This document shows, in pieces, positions 10,473-20,641 of a stretch of 64,000 nucleotides of DNA (positions within the stretch are counted from its first letter, which is position 1; each line of letters opens with the position of its first letter). The notes under the pieces were generated by a model that was given only the letters and a program-made list of their open reading frames with translations, was not told the DNA's origin and did not search any database. Position numbers and translations under genes: made by a program. Origin of the DNA: Deltaproteobacteria bacterium (GTDB lineage: Bacteria > Myxococcota_A > UBA9160 > UBA4427); assembly GCA_029261835.1 (NCBI GenBank), contig JAJDAO010000031.1, positions 18 through 64,017 of the forward strand. The letters are read 5' to 3'.

Positions 10473-11738
10473 ATGACCGCAACGGCATACGCAACTGGCG
10501 CTTCGAGCACGATGAGCGATTTTGTAACAGCTCTCTTTTCGTTCGCGACGACAAACGGATGGACGCAGCTCGATCTCGACACGGCGAACGGCGAAGCGTC
10601 GATGCACATCGGAACGACGCTCTTCGCGCAGTTCCGATGGGCGACGTCGAGCCCGACAAGCCTCGCGCTCTATCAGGCGCTCGGCTTCGGGCACGGGCTG
10701 GCAGTCGTTGACAGCGTTGCTGCTGGCGGCACGGGCTACGCGGTCGACGACGTGCTGACGCTGTCGGGCGGATCGCCCACCACGGCGGCGACTGTTCGCG
10801 TGCTTACTGCGCCGGGAGGCGTTGTGGCAACGGTCGAAGTTCTCTCGGCCGGAATCGACTATGGCTCGACGCCTTCCGATCCCGTGAGCACGACCGGCGG
10901 CGCCGGAACTGGATGCACGCTTAACTGCACATTCAGAGGGACGATCGGTTCGACCCTTCCGGGCGAGTCGTGCGACGACAGCGGCAGCGGCATCGTGACG
11001 GGAACTGACGCGACACTCTCGGATCTCCGAGGCCTCGCCGACATCGGAAGCGGGCCGTACTCAAGTCACCATTTCTTCGCGGGAACGAACGCAGCCGGCG
11101 ACCCCTACCTTCACGTCGTGATCGAGTTCTCTTCCGGCGTCGCGCGCCACATGGGCATCGGACACATCGAGAAGATCGGAAACTGGAAGGGCGGCGAATA
11201 CTGCTACGGAAGCTCGAACAGCGGGGCCTCTCTTTCGACTCCGAGCACAAGCCTCTGCATGCTCGACGGGCTCTTCGCGTCGACGGGCGGAAACACGGAG
11301 CATCGAACCCCGACCATTCGGATGGAAGGCTTCCTCGACCAAGACGCGGCGGGCAAGTGGGGCGCGCTTTGGGTTCAGACGTCATCCAGCGGCTTTCTCG
11401 ACGACTCCGCCGGCAACGATCGTCAGAGAGTTCAGGGAGGATACCGAGCCGGCCCGATTGCAGCCGGGCTCGGATGGAACGCCTCGAACGTCGGCACGGC
11501 CTTTGTGCCGATGTACGACATCGTTTGCATGTACTGGGACAACGTGTCGTCGCCGAACAAGGTTGCCTTCATGGGCGCGCAGCCTGACGTAAAGGGCGTG
11601 AACGTGAAGGCGTTTACATTCGGCGAGGTCGTTACCATCGGCAGCGAAGACTGGATGCTTTTCCCGATGTCGCGCAAGGGCAACACTGGCGATTCAAACG
11701 ACTCGCTGAATGCAGGCGTTGCCTACCTCCGACCCTGA
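10473..11738 (+). CDS. Virion structural (tail) protein
   Basis: 421 aa; one GTGY...LSGG insert; C-terminal GEVVTIGSEDWMLFP. Confidence 0.7.
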   Translation: MTATAYATGASSTMSDFVTALFSFATTNGWTQLDLDTANGEASMHIGTTLFAQFRWATSSPTSLALYQALGFGHGLAVVDSVAAGGTGYAVDDVLTLSGGSPTTAATVRVLTAPGGVVATVEVLSAGIDYGSTPSDPVSTTGGAGTGCTLNCTFRGTIGSTLPGESCDDSGSGIVTGTDATLSDLRGLADIGSGPYSSHHFFAGTNAAGDPYLHVVIEFSSGVARHMGIGHIEKIGNWKGGEYCYGSSNSGASLSTPSTSLCMLDGLFASTGGNTEHRTPTIRMEGFLDQDAAGKWGALWVQTSSSGFLDDSAGNDRQRVQGGYRAGPIAAGLGWNASNVGTAFVPMYDIVCMYWDNVSSPNKVAFMGAQPDVKGVNVKAFTFGEVVTIGSEDWMLFPMSRKGNTGDSNDSLNAGVAYLRP

Positions 11739-11744
11739 CCGAGC

Positions 11745-13496
11745 ATGGCTGACTATCCAGGATTTGCGACGAACGCGGTTGCGCTGACGGACTTCGTAGG
11801 CGCGACCGCAGCCAGGTTGAAGCCGACGGGATCGCTGTCGGCTCAGGCGCTAACAGGCATCGGCCAGCCGGTGCCTGAGCTGATCACGTCGAGCAACCTT
11901 CCTGCGCTCGGCGTGCCTGCAGGCGGTTCGCGGCAAGCGCTCACGCAGTCGAATCAGCCGCGCAACACCTACCCCGGAGACACGCGTCAAGGCCTTGGAG
12001 CCGGCGACCCGTGGTTCGAGAAGATCATCGTTCTGCCAAAGTCGCTTGAGCTTGGCCTGCTGCTCTCGACGAGGCAGGACGTTCTCGAGTTTTACAACAG
12101 CGACCGCCGCCTAGACCATGAGCTTCAAGCGATCGTGAACAACACCGGCGGAGGCGCGAGCGTCTTATCGCCGCCGGCGCTGCCCGAGACGATCGGATCG
12201 CAGAGCAGCCTGACGCTGACGGTCGAGTCGACAGTCGACGGTCCGTCTTCCGTTGACGGCGACTTCGACTTCAGCTTCGACTTGCACCTTGTAGAAGTCC
12301 CGCTGTCGTTCACGACAATCGTCTTGTGGGCGCTGCGCCCCGAACAGGGATACGACGAGACGCTAGAGTCGCTGACAGACGTCATTCCGAAAGTCAGCGG
12401 ATCCGAACAGCGCGTAGCATTGAGAGATAACCCGCGTCAGTTCTTCGACTTCCTGCATCGGTGGCAGAGCGGCGAAGAGCGCGGGTTCTACGAAAGCCTT
12501 CTGTTCGACGCACAAGAGAGAACCTTCGGTCTTCCGGTCTGGCATGACGAGACGGAAGCGTCGTCGTCGATTGCATCGCTCGACACAGTGATCAACGTCG
12601 CGTCGACGGACTACGCCGACTTCAGAGTCGGCGGGCTCGCAGTCATCCTCGAAAGCCAAGATGCATTCGACGTGTTGACGATCGACTCGCTGACCTCGAC
12701 GACGATCACATTCTCAAGCCCCGTGATCGGAAGCTACGCGCAAGGCGCTTCAGTTCTTCCACTGCGCCAAGTGATCATGCCCGGCGCGCTGTCTGGATCG
12801 AGGTTCCCCGTAAATCTTGCCGACATTCGCATTCGGTTCATGGTGCTAGACAACGACGTCGGATCGCTTGCGAGCAGCGCCGCTTTCGATTCATTCGACG
12901 GCAAGGTTCTGCTGACGGACTTCCTTTCTATCTCGGGCACGAACAGCGAGACGTTCGAGAGAGAGCTAACGCTCATCGACGGAGCTACAGGCACGGTCCT
13001 GCAGCTCTCGGATTGGAGTCGCGGAAAGCACGGAAGGCCGATGGAGCTGTTCACGCGATCACGGCAGAGATCGTGGGAGTTCCGTCAGCTCTTTCATTTC
13101 CTTCACGGGCGACAGGTGTCTTTCTACTTGCCTACTCACGATGACGACCTCGTCCCGGTGCTGCCGCTCACGACCAGTTCGTTTGTTCTTGAAATCGCGA
13201 ACATCGGATACACGGATTCGGTTCAGTCGAGGTCGCCTAAGAATCTGATCAGGGTGACTTTCGCGAACGGAGATGCGCAGCTCGTCAGAACTGTCGTTAG
13301 CTCGGCGGTCGTCGACGCTGACCGCGAGACGCTGACTCTCGACGTGGCTTGGCCCTCGACCTACGCGGTTGAAGACGTCTCGCGCATTGAGTTCATCGAA
13401 CTCGTTCGTCAAGATTCTGACGTCATTACCATCTCGCACGAGCCGGGCTTTATGTCCAAGCGGTTTGCGACCTCAGTGAAGAGCCTTATCGCATGA
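11745..13496 (+). CDS. Tail tip/distal tail protein
   Basis: GSEQRVALRDNPRQ and LHGRQVSFYLP motifs; upstream of hub gene. Confidence 0.65.
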   Translation: MADYPGFATNAVALTDFVGATAARLKPTGSLSAQALTGIGQPVPELITSSNLPALGVPAGGSRQALTQSNQPRNTYPGDTRQGLGAGDPWFEKIIVLPKSLELGLLLSTRQDVLEFYNSDRRLDHELQAIVNNTGGGASVLSPPALPETIGSQSSLTLTVESTVDGPSSVDGDFDFSFDLHLVEVPLSFTTIVLWALRPEQGYDETLESLTDVIPKVSGSEQRVALRDNPRQFFDFLHRWQSGEERGFYESLLFDAQERTFGLPVWHDETEASSSIASLDTVINVASTDYADFRVGGLAVILESQDAFDVLTIDSLTSTTITFSSPVIGSYAQGASVLPLRQVIMPGALSGSRFPVNLADIRIRFMVLDNDVGSLASSAAFDSFDGKVLLTDFLSISGTNSETFERELTLIDGATGTVLQLSDWSRGKHGRPMELFTRSRQRSWEFRQLFHFLHGRQVSFYLPTHDDDLVPVLPLTTSSFVLEIANIGYTDSVQSRSPKNLIRVTFANGDAQLVRTVVSSAVVDADRETLTLDVAWPSTYAVEDVSRIEFIELVRQDSDVITISHEPGFMSKRFATSVKSLIA

Positions 13497-14326
13497 CTTT
13501 TGTTTCATTCGAAGGAAGCTCTGAGTCCGGTCGGCCGATCGAGGTCTATAAGTTCTCGATCGCTGGTACAGAGTACCGATACACGTCGTCTTCGGTGGCA
13601 GTGACCGTTGACTCTCAGGTCTATGAGCCTCTCGCGATGAAGCGGAATCAGATGCTTCAGAGCAGCGACAGGCGAAGCGGTACGGTCGACATACAGGTTC
13701 CCGGCGGGAACGAGTTCGCACGCCTCTTCATCTCGGTCGTCCCGGCCAAGCAAGTCGTCATGACGGTCCGCAGGTTCCATCCTGACGACCTTCCGAACCC
13801 CGAAGTCGTCGGTCTTTTCTCGGGCAAGGTCAAGCTGGTGAAGTTCTCTGCGAACGGGATGCTTGCGACGATCAGCGCGCGACCAGACATCGCAGCGGCG
13901 GCGCGCGAGTGGCCGTTCTACAAGCACACTGGCGGATGCAATAACGACCTGTACGACCACGAGTGTCAGGTCAGCGAGACAGATCCGGCGTTTCGCGCGT
14001 TCGACTTCACGGTCACGGCTGTCTCTGCCGACGGTCGCGACATAACTGTTCCGGGGCTCGCGTCCGGGTACGCGTCCGAGTGGTTTACCGGCGGCTTCGT
14101 CGAACTTGTCACGCCGAACGACCTGCGCCTTGTGCTCTCTCAGGCGGGCGACGTGCTTACGATGCTGCTTCCATTCGGCGAGTCGATCGTCGGCCGCAAG
14201 GTCAACGTCTTCGCTGGATGCGCGCACGACGTGACCGACTGCTCAGTGAAGTTCTTGAACTACGCCAACTATGGCGGAGACCCATACGGCCCGAAACTGA
14301 ATCCGTTCCTGACTGGCATTACATAA
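13493..14326 (+). CDS. Baseplate hub protein (DUF2163/BR0599-like)
   Basis: GCNNDLYDHEC and AGCAHDVTDCSVKFLNYANYGGDPY Cys motifs. Confidence 0.85.
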   Translation: MTFVSFEGSSESGRPIEVYKFSIAGTEYRYTSSSVAVTVDSQVYEPLAMKRNQMLQSSDRRSGTVDIQVPGGNEFARLFISVVPAKQVVMTVRRFHPDDLPNPEVVGLFSGKVKLVKFSANGMLATISARPDIAAAAREWPFYKHTGGCNNDLYDHECQVSETDPAFRAFDFTVTAVSADGRDITVPGLASGYASEWFTGGFVELVTPNDLRLVLSQAGDVLTMLLPFGESIVGRKVNVFAGCAHDVTDCSVKFLNYANYGGDPYGPKLNPFLTGIT

Positions 14327-17214
14327 TGGCTATCTGGGCATTCGCATACCTGATCGGATCGCTTCTTCTGCAGGCTGCTGTCACTCCGAAGTCGGCCGTA
14401 GAAAGCGCTAAGCCAGCCGGCGACGGAGACTTCGATTTTCCCACGATCGAAGAAGGCCGCGAGTGGGCGCATCTCTGGGGCACTGTGCTCGTCGGCGGTC
14501 CCGCCCTTCTGTGGTGGGGCGATCGAAAAGAGAAGGCGATCAAGCAAGATTCGGGCGGACTGTTTTCGAGCAGCAGCACGACGACAGGCTTCAAGTATTT
14601 CATCGGCATGCAGTTTGGTTTTTGCAGAGGCGGAGACTACCCCGTCGACGAGATGCGCCGCGTCTTCATCGACGACAAGGTCGTCTATGATGGCGGCGGA
14701 GACGACCCCGTCGTCACGAACGGAGACACGTTCACGATCGACAAGCCGGGCCTCTTCGGCGGCGACAAAGTCGGCGGAGCTGGTGGCGTAAAGCTAACGA
14801 TGGAGTTCTTCGACGGGCGCCGGACTCAGGCGCCATCGACTTACCTCGCGCCGTTCCAAACCGAGGCCGGGCAACAGATCACCTACACGTCGCGATGCTT
14901 CATTGCGAACGCGGAAAAGCGCGGCTACGTCGGCAACTCCCCGAATATCGCGGCATGGAAAGTCGAACTTCGCAGGACTCCTAACCCGCTTTCGATTTCA
15001 TCGGCCGTGGTGAACACGCTCGACGCAAACCCGATGAACGTCATCTATGAAGTCTTGACTAGCAAGGACTTCCCGCTGCGTCGCCCGGTCTCCGAAATCG
15101 ACATCGCGAATCTAAAGGCCGTCGGAGAGACCTTGCTCACGGAGGGTAATGGGTTTTCGATGATCGTCGACCGCAAGGAAACTGCGGATGACATGATCAC
15201 TCGCATTCAAGACCAGGTCGACGGCGTTCTTTACCGAGACGCGATTGACGGCGTCTACCGCTTCCAGCTCGCGCGCGCCGACTATGACCTGATGACAGTG
15301 CCCGAGATCAACGACGACAACATGGTGGAGCTTGTCGAGTTCGGGCGCTCGACATTGGAAGAGACGTCGAACGACGTGCGCGTCGGATTCATTGACAGGG
15401 ATGACGAATACAAGAACACGTTCACGCCGTCTGCGATCGACCCTGCAAACATTCGGCGTCGCGCCGGCGAGCGGTCGGCGATTGCGCCGAAAATGCCGGG
15501 CGTCAAAGACAAGGGCCTTGCCGCCAAGATTGCTTGGCGCAAGCTGCGCGCTCTTTCGGTTCCTCTGGCTAGCGGGTCGGTACTCGTCGACCGCAGCTTC
15601 TATGCGACGAATCCGGGAGACGTGCTCGCCTTCACGAACGCGCGTCTAGGGATCACTCGACTTCCGATAAGAATCACGCGCATCGATCTCGGCGACTTGG
15701 TCAGCGGTACGATCCGACTCGACTTCATGCAGGACGTGTTCTACAGCGCCGAGGCATCCGGCAGCGGCGCTCAGATCTCGCTCTGGGATCCGCCTGTTGA
15801 TGTGCTTGTCGGCTTCCCTGTTGCGCAGCAAGTCGCCTTCGAGGCGCCGCGCGCCCTTCTCGCGCTTGATCCGGCGACGCCGGATCCCCACGTCGCAAAG
15901 ATCTGCGCCGCAGCACGCGACGTGGGAGCGGAGTCGTTCGTCAAGATCTTCGCGCGCACGAATCCGTCGACGGCTTCCTTCTCGGGCACTCCTGTTGAGA
16001 TCGGCGAAGTGCTTGGCTTCGCCCTAATCGGGCAGCTCGTTGCAGCGCTGCCAGCAGGCTCCGCCTATCCGATCAACTCGCTAGGCGTTGTCGCAACGCC
16101 TAGCGAGGAAGAAGACATCTTAGAAGCCTTCCCTGCAGCCGTAGGCGAGGCCGAGGCCGGCCAGGGCCTCTCGACGCTGCTGCTGATCGACGACGAGTTC
16201 ATGCTCGTGAGCGGCTCCGTTACAGCGCCCTCTGACATCAGCATTGACGGAGTGTGGCGAGGCGCGCTCGATTCAGTGCAAGCCGACCACTTGCTCGGAG
16301 CGAACGTGTTTGCGCTCTTCGTCGGGATGAACATTAGCAGCAGCTCTCTCGCGAGCGGCGACCACGTTGAGATCCGCCTGACGCCGAACTCGCAGCTCAC
16401 TGAACTCGATCCTCTCGATGCCGGTGTGACAGCGATCGTTCTTCAGATGAGCGATCGCGCGAAGCGACCTTACGCGCCAAGCGAGCTTTCTCTGAACGGC
16501 GCGCGCTTCGGCAGCACGGTAGCGCTCGAAGGCGGCGGCGGCGCCGGCGAGGCCGAGGGAATCGACGTTTCTTTCTTGCGGCGCGACTTCAGGTCTCCCG
16601 ATGAAGTCGCGCAGCTCGGCGCAGATGCAGGGACGCTGTTCGCGGACTTCCCGGCTGCGAACAACACGACGCACGAGGTCGAGCTGATCAACGACCCCGA
16701 CGGCTCGCCGGCGAGCCTGATGACTGTCGACTTCGGATCGCTGATCACGAACGCGATCACGGCGCTCTCAATCCTGAAGGCGACTGACGGCGCCTTGCCG
16801 ACACGCATGGAAGTTCGCATTCGTGCCGTGCATGATTTCGAATCACTCGCCGGGCTCGAGTCTCGCGTCGACCTTGCATGGCCCTTCGACGTGACAAGCG
16901 GCCTGACAGGTCAGTTTGAGTTCGGCGCCCTCGATAACGGCGACATCTCCGCGCTCTACACTGCCACCGACGCCGGATCGCATGCGTTCACGCTGTCGAC
17001 GGCGTTCTCTGTCGGCGACGTCGAGTTCAGGCTCAACGCAGGGTCGTGGACGACGCTCATCGCTGCCGGTGGCACTTCCGGCAGCGTCGCTGGCGTGGTC
17101 GCGACCGATACGATCGAGATCAGGCACTTGAGCACAGACTCGGCAACTGAGAAACTGCTCAGCATGAACGCTCCCGCTTCTGCGCAAGACGGCTTCGCCG
17201 TCGTATTCACATGA
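14326..17214 (+). CDS. Large tail tip/central fibre protein (GTA megatron-like)
   Basis: Start reassigned to ATG 14326 overlapping upstream TAA; DFDFPTIEEGR, DANPMNVIYE motifs; ~960 aa. Confidence 0.8.
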   Translation: MAIWAFAYLIGSLLLQAAVTPKSAVESAKPAGDGDFDFPTIEEGREWAHLWGTVLVGGPALLWWGDRKEKAIKQDSGGLFSSSSTTTGFKYFIGMQFGFCRGGDYPVDEMRRVFIDDKVVYDGGGDDPVVTNGDTFTIDKPGLFGGDKVGGAGGVKLTMEFFDGRRTQAPSTYLAPFQTEAGQQITYTSRCFIANAEKRGYVGNSPNIAAWKVELRRTPNPLSISSAVVNTLDANPMNVIYEVLTSKDFPLRRPVSEIDIANLKAVGETLLTEGNGFSMIVDRKETADDMITRIQDQVDGVLYRDAIDGVYRFQLARADYDLMTVPEINDDNMVELVEFGRSTLEETSNDVRVGFIDRDDEYKNTFTPSAIDPANIRRRAGERSAIAPKMPGVKDKGLAAKIAWRKLRALSVPLASGSVLVDRSFYATNPGDVLAFTNARLGITRLPIRITRIDLGDLVSGTIRLDFMQDVFYSAEASGSGAQISLWDPPVDVLVGFPVAQQVAFEAPRALLALDPATPDPHVAKICAAARDVGAESFVKIFARTNPSTASFSGTPVEIGEVLGFALIGQLVAALPAGSAYPINSLGVVATPSEEEDILEAFPAAVGEAEAGQGLSTLLLIDDEFMLVSGSVTAPSDISIDGVWRGALDSVQADHLLGANVFALFVGMNISSSSLASGDHVEIRLTPNSQLTELDPLDAGVTAIVLQMSDRAKRPYAPSELSLNGARFGSTVALEGGGGAGEAEGIDVSFLRRDFRSPDEVAQLGADAGTLFADFPAANNTTHEVELINDPDGSPASLMTVDFGSLITNAITALSILKATDGALPTRMEVRIRAVHDFESLAGLESRVDLAWPFDVTSGLTGQFEFGALDNGDISALYTATDAGSHAFTLSTAFSVGDVEFRLNAGSWTTLIAAGGTSGSVAGVVATDTIEIRHLSTDSATEKLLSMNAPASAQDGFAVVFT

Positions 17215-17567
17215 GCCAAGGCCAAGACGGCGAGGGCGTGACTGTGCTTCCATCGTGGCTCGTGAAGTCGATTGTCGGAACGGTCATCGTTGCGGTTCTC
17301 GGCGCGAGCGGATGGCTTGTCGAGCGCTTGATGGACAGCGTCGACGAGCTTACTCGCGGAGTTTCAACGCTGAACACGTCGGTCAACGTGCTGACCGAGA
17401 AGCACGGCAGCATCGCCGACGCAGCGAAGAGCCGCTCGGACGGCGTCGACAACAGGTTCAGCGGCCTAGAGTCGCGCATTGATGCGAACGACTCGCTTCT
17501 AAGGTCTCTCGAAAACCGCGTCACGGTCAATGAGACCGTCTTGAAGGAAGAGCGGGAGCGCAGATAG
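17211..17567 (+). CDS. Membrane-anchored coiled-coil protein (possible lysis component)
   Basis: One N-terminal hydrophobic helix followed by heptad-like region. Confidence 0.55.
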   Translation: MSQGQDGEGVTVLPSWLVKSIVGTVIVAVLGASGWLVERLMDSVDELTRGVSTLNTSVNVLTEKHGSIADAAKSRSDGVDNRFSGLESRIDANDSLLRSLENRVTVNETVLKEERERR

Positions 17568-17573
17568 TTTTTT

Positions 17574-17915
17574 TTGGTGTCCGAGAGATGGGGAAAAGTG
17601 CTCTTTACCAGCATGCGGCAAGTGATTCTCGTGCTGGTATCGTTCGCGCTTCTCGGAGGCGCGATTATTTACGCCTCGGCTGTCGCGAGCAGCACGCATG
17701 CGTCGTCGGCGACGCTCGCGGCAGATCTCATGCAGATGGTCATGGAAGACGAAGCTATGCGCGAACCTGATTACAGCACCACGTTTGTTCACGATGGCGA
17801 TACGCATGTCGTCGCGACGTATTGCAACGACGCGCTAAAGCCAGCCGAGACCGAGTGCGCGCGCTGGCATCTCTCGCGCGTAGAGGCACTGAAAGACGCG
17901 CTCGCTGAGGGATGA
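17574..17915 (+). CDS. Membrane/secreted hypothetical protein
   Basis: Hydrophobic segment VILVLVSFALLGGAIIYASA; start uncertain (may be 17612). Confidence 0.55.
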   Translation: MVSERWGKVLFTSMRQVILVLVSFALLGGAIIYASAVASSTHASSATLAADLMQMVMEDEAMREPDYSTTFVHDGDTHVVATYCNDALKPAETECARWHLSRVEALKDALAEG

Positions 17916-18328
17916 ACGGATTCCTTTCGCGACTCGTCGTCACCGAGACGGATAATCCGCGCGAGTGGGAACTTGTCGAGCCGCTCGCCTACTCTTCCGA
18001 CTCGCTTGGCGAACTTGAAGTTCACGTCGGGTTTGTAACGGACTTCGCTTCCATCCCGCAGCCGATGTGGTGGCTGATCGCGCCATCGGGCCGGCACACG
18101 CGCGCGGCAGTGCTTCATGATTGGCTGTATGCACATCGGCCGATCGTTACGCGCCGGCGGGCGGGCGGGACATCGCGTGTCACTCGCTCGGAGTCTGACC
18201 GCGAGTTTCATCGGGCGATGTACGCGACCGGAGTCCCGCGCTGGCGCTGCCTCGTCATGCACGTCGCAGTGCGGCTGGCGGGCTGGCTTGTGTGGCGTCG
18301 GAGGTCTATCAAGCGAATAGAAACTTGA
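17912..18328 (+). CDS. DUF1353-like protein
   Basis: GFVTDFASIP...AAVLHDWLY...SDREF signature. Confidence 0.85.
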   Translation: MNGFLSRLVVTETDNPREWELVEPLAYSSDSLGELEVHVGFVTDFASIPQPMWWLIAPSGRHTRAAVLHDWLYAHRPIVTRRRAGGTSRVTRSESDREFHRAMYATGVPRWRCLVMHVAVRLAGWLVWRRRSIKRIET

Positions 18329-18368
18329 TACTCGCCTCGGCGACTTTCGTTCGATACGATTCGCCGCC

Positions 18369-18722
18369 GTGAAGAAGACCATCAAACTGAAGCTCTCAGC
18401 AGGTGAGAAACTCCTGCTCGACCGTCGCCGCCGAGGCGAGACTCAGCGCGACGCGGCTGAGGCCTACGCCGTCACGCTCTACCAGTTTCGGCGCTGGGAG
18501 CTTGGCGAGGGAGAGGGCGTCCCGGATGTCTCTCTCGGCGATCTTGAACCGCACGAAATCTGCTTCATCTATCGCCAGCGCGACGGCATGTCGCTCGAAG
18601 ACCTCGGCGCGATGATCAACCGCACTCCGTGTTGGATCTCGCAGATCGAGAAGGGCGACCAGCCTGTCGACGTTGTCGAGCACTACTGGCGCACGCGCAG
18701 GCGCAAGAAGATCTTCGCCTAG
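18369..18722 (+). CDS. Tandem XRE-type HTH regulator
   Basis: Two HTH-like units: TQRDAAEAYAVTLYQFRRWELG and SLEDLGAMINRTPCWISQIEKG. Confidence 0.75.
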   Translation: MKKTIKLKLSAGEKLLLDRRRRGETQRDAAEAYAVTLYQFRRWELGEGEGVPDVSLGDLEPHEICFIYRQRDGMSLEDLGAMINRTPCWISQIEKGDQPVDVVEHYWRTRRRKKIFA

Positions 18723-18783
18723 ACCGCAGCGCCGGCGTCGGCTAGCCTTGCCTCTCGGACATTTTCAAACCGAGAGAGATTCA

Positions 18784-19137
18784 ATGGCAAAGCAAAACCT
18801 ATCGCTCGGCGGACTGCGCACCATCGACGGCGGCCTCGTGAACGCGGCCATCAACGACAAGGTTCGCGCCGCTGTAGCAGACTGCAAAGACCGTCCCGGC
18901 GAAGCGAAGCCGCGTAAAGTCGTCCTGACTCTCGAGATTTGCCCCGTCGCTGATCAGCGCGGCAAGTTCGACAGGCTCTCGACGGCCTGCGTCGTCAGCT
19001 CGAAGTTCCCCGACATGCGCTCGATCGATTACGACATGCGCGTAACTGCAGAGGGCGACGCAGAGTTCGAAGAGCTTTCGCCTGAAGACGCCGGGCAAGG
19101 CTCGCTCCCGCTGCCCCACGACAAAGGAAAGGCATGA
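18784..19137 (+). CDS. Conserved phage hypothetical protein
   Basis: KPRKVVLTLEI motif; coupled to the next gene. Confidence 0.65.
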   Translation: MAKQNLSLGGLRTIDGGLVNAAINDKVRAAVADCKDRPGEAKPRKVVLTLEICPVADQRGKFDRLSTACVVSSKFPDMRSIDYDMRVTAEGDAEFEELSPEDAGQGSLPLPHDKGKA

Positions 19138-20012
19138 ACATGAACGAAGACGGAATCGAAGGCGCCTTGCGCCACGTCACGGAACTCGCTCAAAGCGCGC
19201 ACGAGCCGAGCGTGACCGTTTGCCCGCAGCTCGAACGCGTGTTCGTTGCGCATAACGGCGAGATGACGTCGCACGAGATCGCGCCACCGAGGAAGCTCAT
19301 CGAGCTTCACGGGTTGCGCGACATCATCGCGATCGCTGTTCAGCACAAAGGTAGTTCGCCGGAGGTCTACCACGAAGGAGTCGACGACCACTTCGCGCCT
19401 GAGTCCGGCGCCGTTTTTGATGGTGGCGCAGTGCGCGTGATCATGAACAGCGAAACGCGCCTCGACCGAGCGAAGATGCAGCTCCGCCCGAGCCAACTGT
19501 TCATGCGCGTTCTGCACATGCACTACAGCCCGAAGACCATGAATGTCGACGAGGCGGTTCGATTGCTGCGCTTCGAGCTTCCTGTCGCCGGCGTTGACGC
19601 GCTCGCGACCTCGCTGCGCAAGATCACGTTCAAGACGACGGCCGAGGTCGAGCAGGGCGCATCGCACGGCTCTTCGACATTCGGCGAGCGCCTTGAGCGT
19701 CTGGTATCGAACGCTGCCGAGGTTCCCGAGTCGATGGAGATCAGCATCCCGGTCTACGCGAACGATCACGAGATCCGCGAACTCTCGACGGTCAAGCTGA
19801 AGCTAGGCGTCTTCCTCGACATGGAGCGCAAGGGCATTCAGATCATGCCGCTTGCCGACGAGATCGACCTCGCGAACGCTGAAGTTCAAGCTCGGATCGG
19901 AGAACACCTTGTCTCCGAGATCGTCAAGTCTGGCGCAGCGGATTCGGTCTCTGTGTTCCATGGCAGCCCGTCGGGTGCTAACTTCATGAACCCCGACGCG
20001 AGGCTTCGCTGA
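19134..20012 (+). CDS. Phage protein (DUF2303/YfdQ-like, tentative)
   Basis: 292 aa; VPESMEISIPVY motif; paired with upstream small gene. Confidence 0.55.
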   Translation: MNMNEDGIEGALRHVTELAQSAHEPSVTVCPQLERVFVAHNGEMTSHEIAPPRKLIELHGLRDIIAIAVQHKGSSPEVYHEGVDDHFAPESGAVFDGGAVRVIMNSETRLDRAKMQLRPSQLFMRVLHMHYSPKTMNVDEAVRLLRFELPVAGVDALATSLRKITFKTTAEVEQGASHGSSTFGERLERLVSNAAEVPESMEISIPVYANDHEIRELSTVKLKLGVFLDMERKGIQIMPLADEIDLANAEVQARIGEHLVSEIVKSGAADSVSVFHGSPSGANFMNPDARLR

Positions 20013-20050
20013 GCGCCGGATCTCCTGTACCGCCAGACAGCACCGCCACC

Positions 20051-20086
20051 GACGAGCCGCGCAGCGATGCGCGGCTCGTCTTTTTT
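20051..20086 (+). terminator. Rho-independent terminator
   Basis: GACGAGCCGCGCA-GCGA-TGCGCGGCTCGTC followed by T6. Confidence 0.85.
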
Positions 20087-20092
20087 GACTGC

Positions 20093-20641
20093 ATGCCGAA
20101 GACCTGTAAGCTCATCGACATGGAACGATCGACTCAGACTTTCTTCGTGCTCTCGACGGTTCGCTCGCGCTCGGCGTGGGTTTCGAACTTCCTGACGACG
20201 CCGACAACGTGGTGCGGTCACGACTGCCTCGCGGAGACCGGCGGATCGTTTCGGCCGCCCGAGGCCTTCTTCCATGCTGGTGCTGTTGGAAGCGATGTCA
20301 CGGCCTACGCGGAGCAGCTCGAAGCCAAGCATCCACGAGCCAGGTTCGCCGCTCTCGTTCGAGAGCCCGCTTCGATCGCCCGCTCGCTGACGCTACTCGG
20401 ACTTTCCATCGACGAAGAGCGCGTCGCCGAGCAGCACGCCAAGATTCTCCGCTTCGCTGATGACCGGGATTGCCCGGTCTTTCGCTTCGAAGACACGACG
20501 TTCGAGAGCATGCAGCGCCTTTGGTGGCATTGCGTGCCCGGCATGCCGCTCTCAGAGGCGCGCTTGCGCCTGCTGATCGACTTCAACGTTCAAGCCGATG
20601 CATCGGCCTACGCAGGGCGCGTGCGGATGCGCGACGTCTGA
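20093..20641 (+). CDS. P-loop sulfotransferase-like protein
   Basis: FFVLSTVRSRSAWVSNFL resembles 5'-PSB loop; LVREP resembles 3'-PB motif; start may be 20120. Confidence 0.55.
   Translation: MPKTCKLIDMERSTQTFFVLSTVRSRSAWVSNFLTTPTTWCGHDCLAETGGSFRPPEAFFHAGAVGSDVTAYAEQLEAKHPRARFAALVREPASIARSLTLLGLSIDEERVAEQHAKILRFADDRDCPVFRFEDTTFESMQRLWWHCVPGMPLSEARLRLLIDFNVQADASAYAGRVRMRDV

Noticed and set aside
13963-14325. N-terminal extension of the 1083-aa ORF
   Set aside because: Overlaps the hub gene with Arg-rich shadow-frame sequence; ATG 14326 is the coupled start
18369-18722. Lysogeny switch
   Set aside because: HTH protein has no divergent partner or peptidase domain, and no integrase or partition genes were recognised
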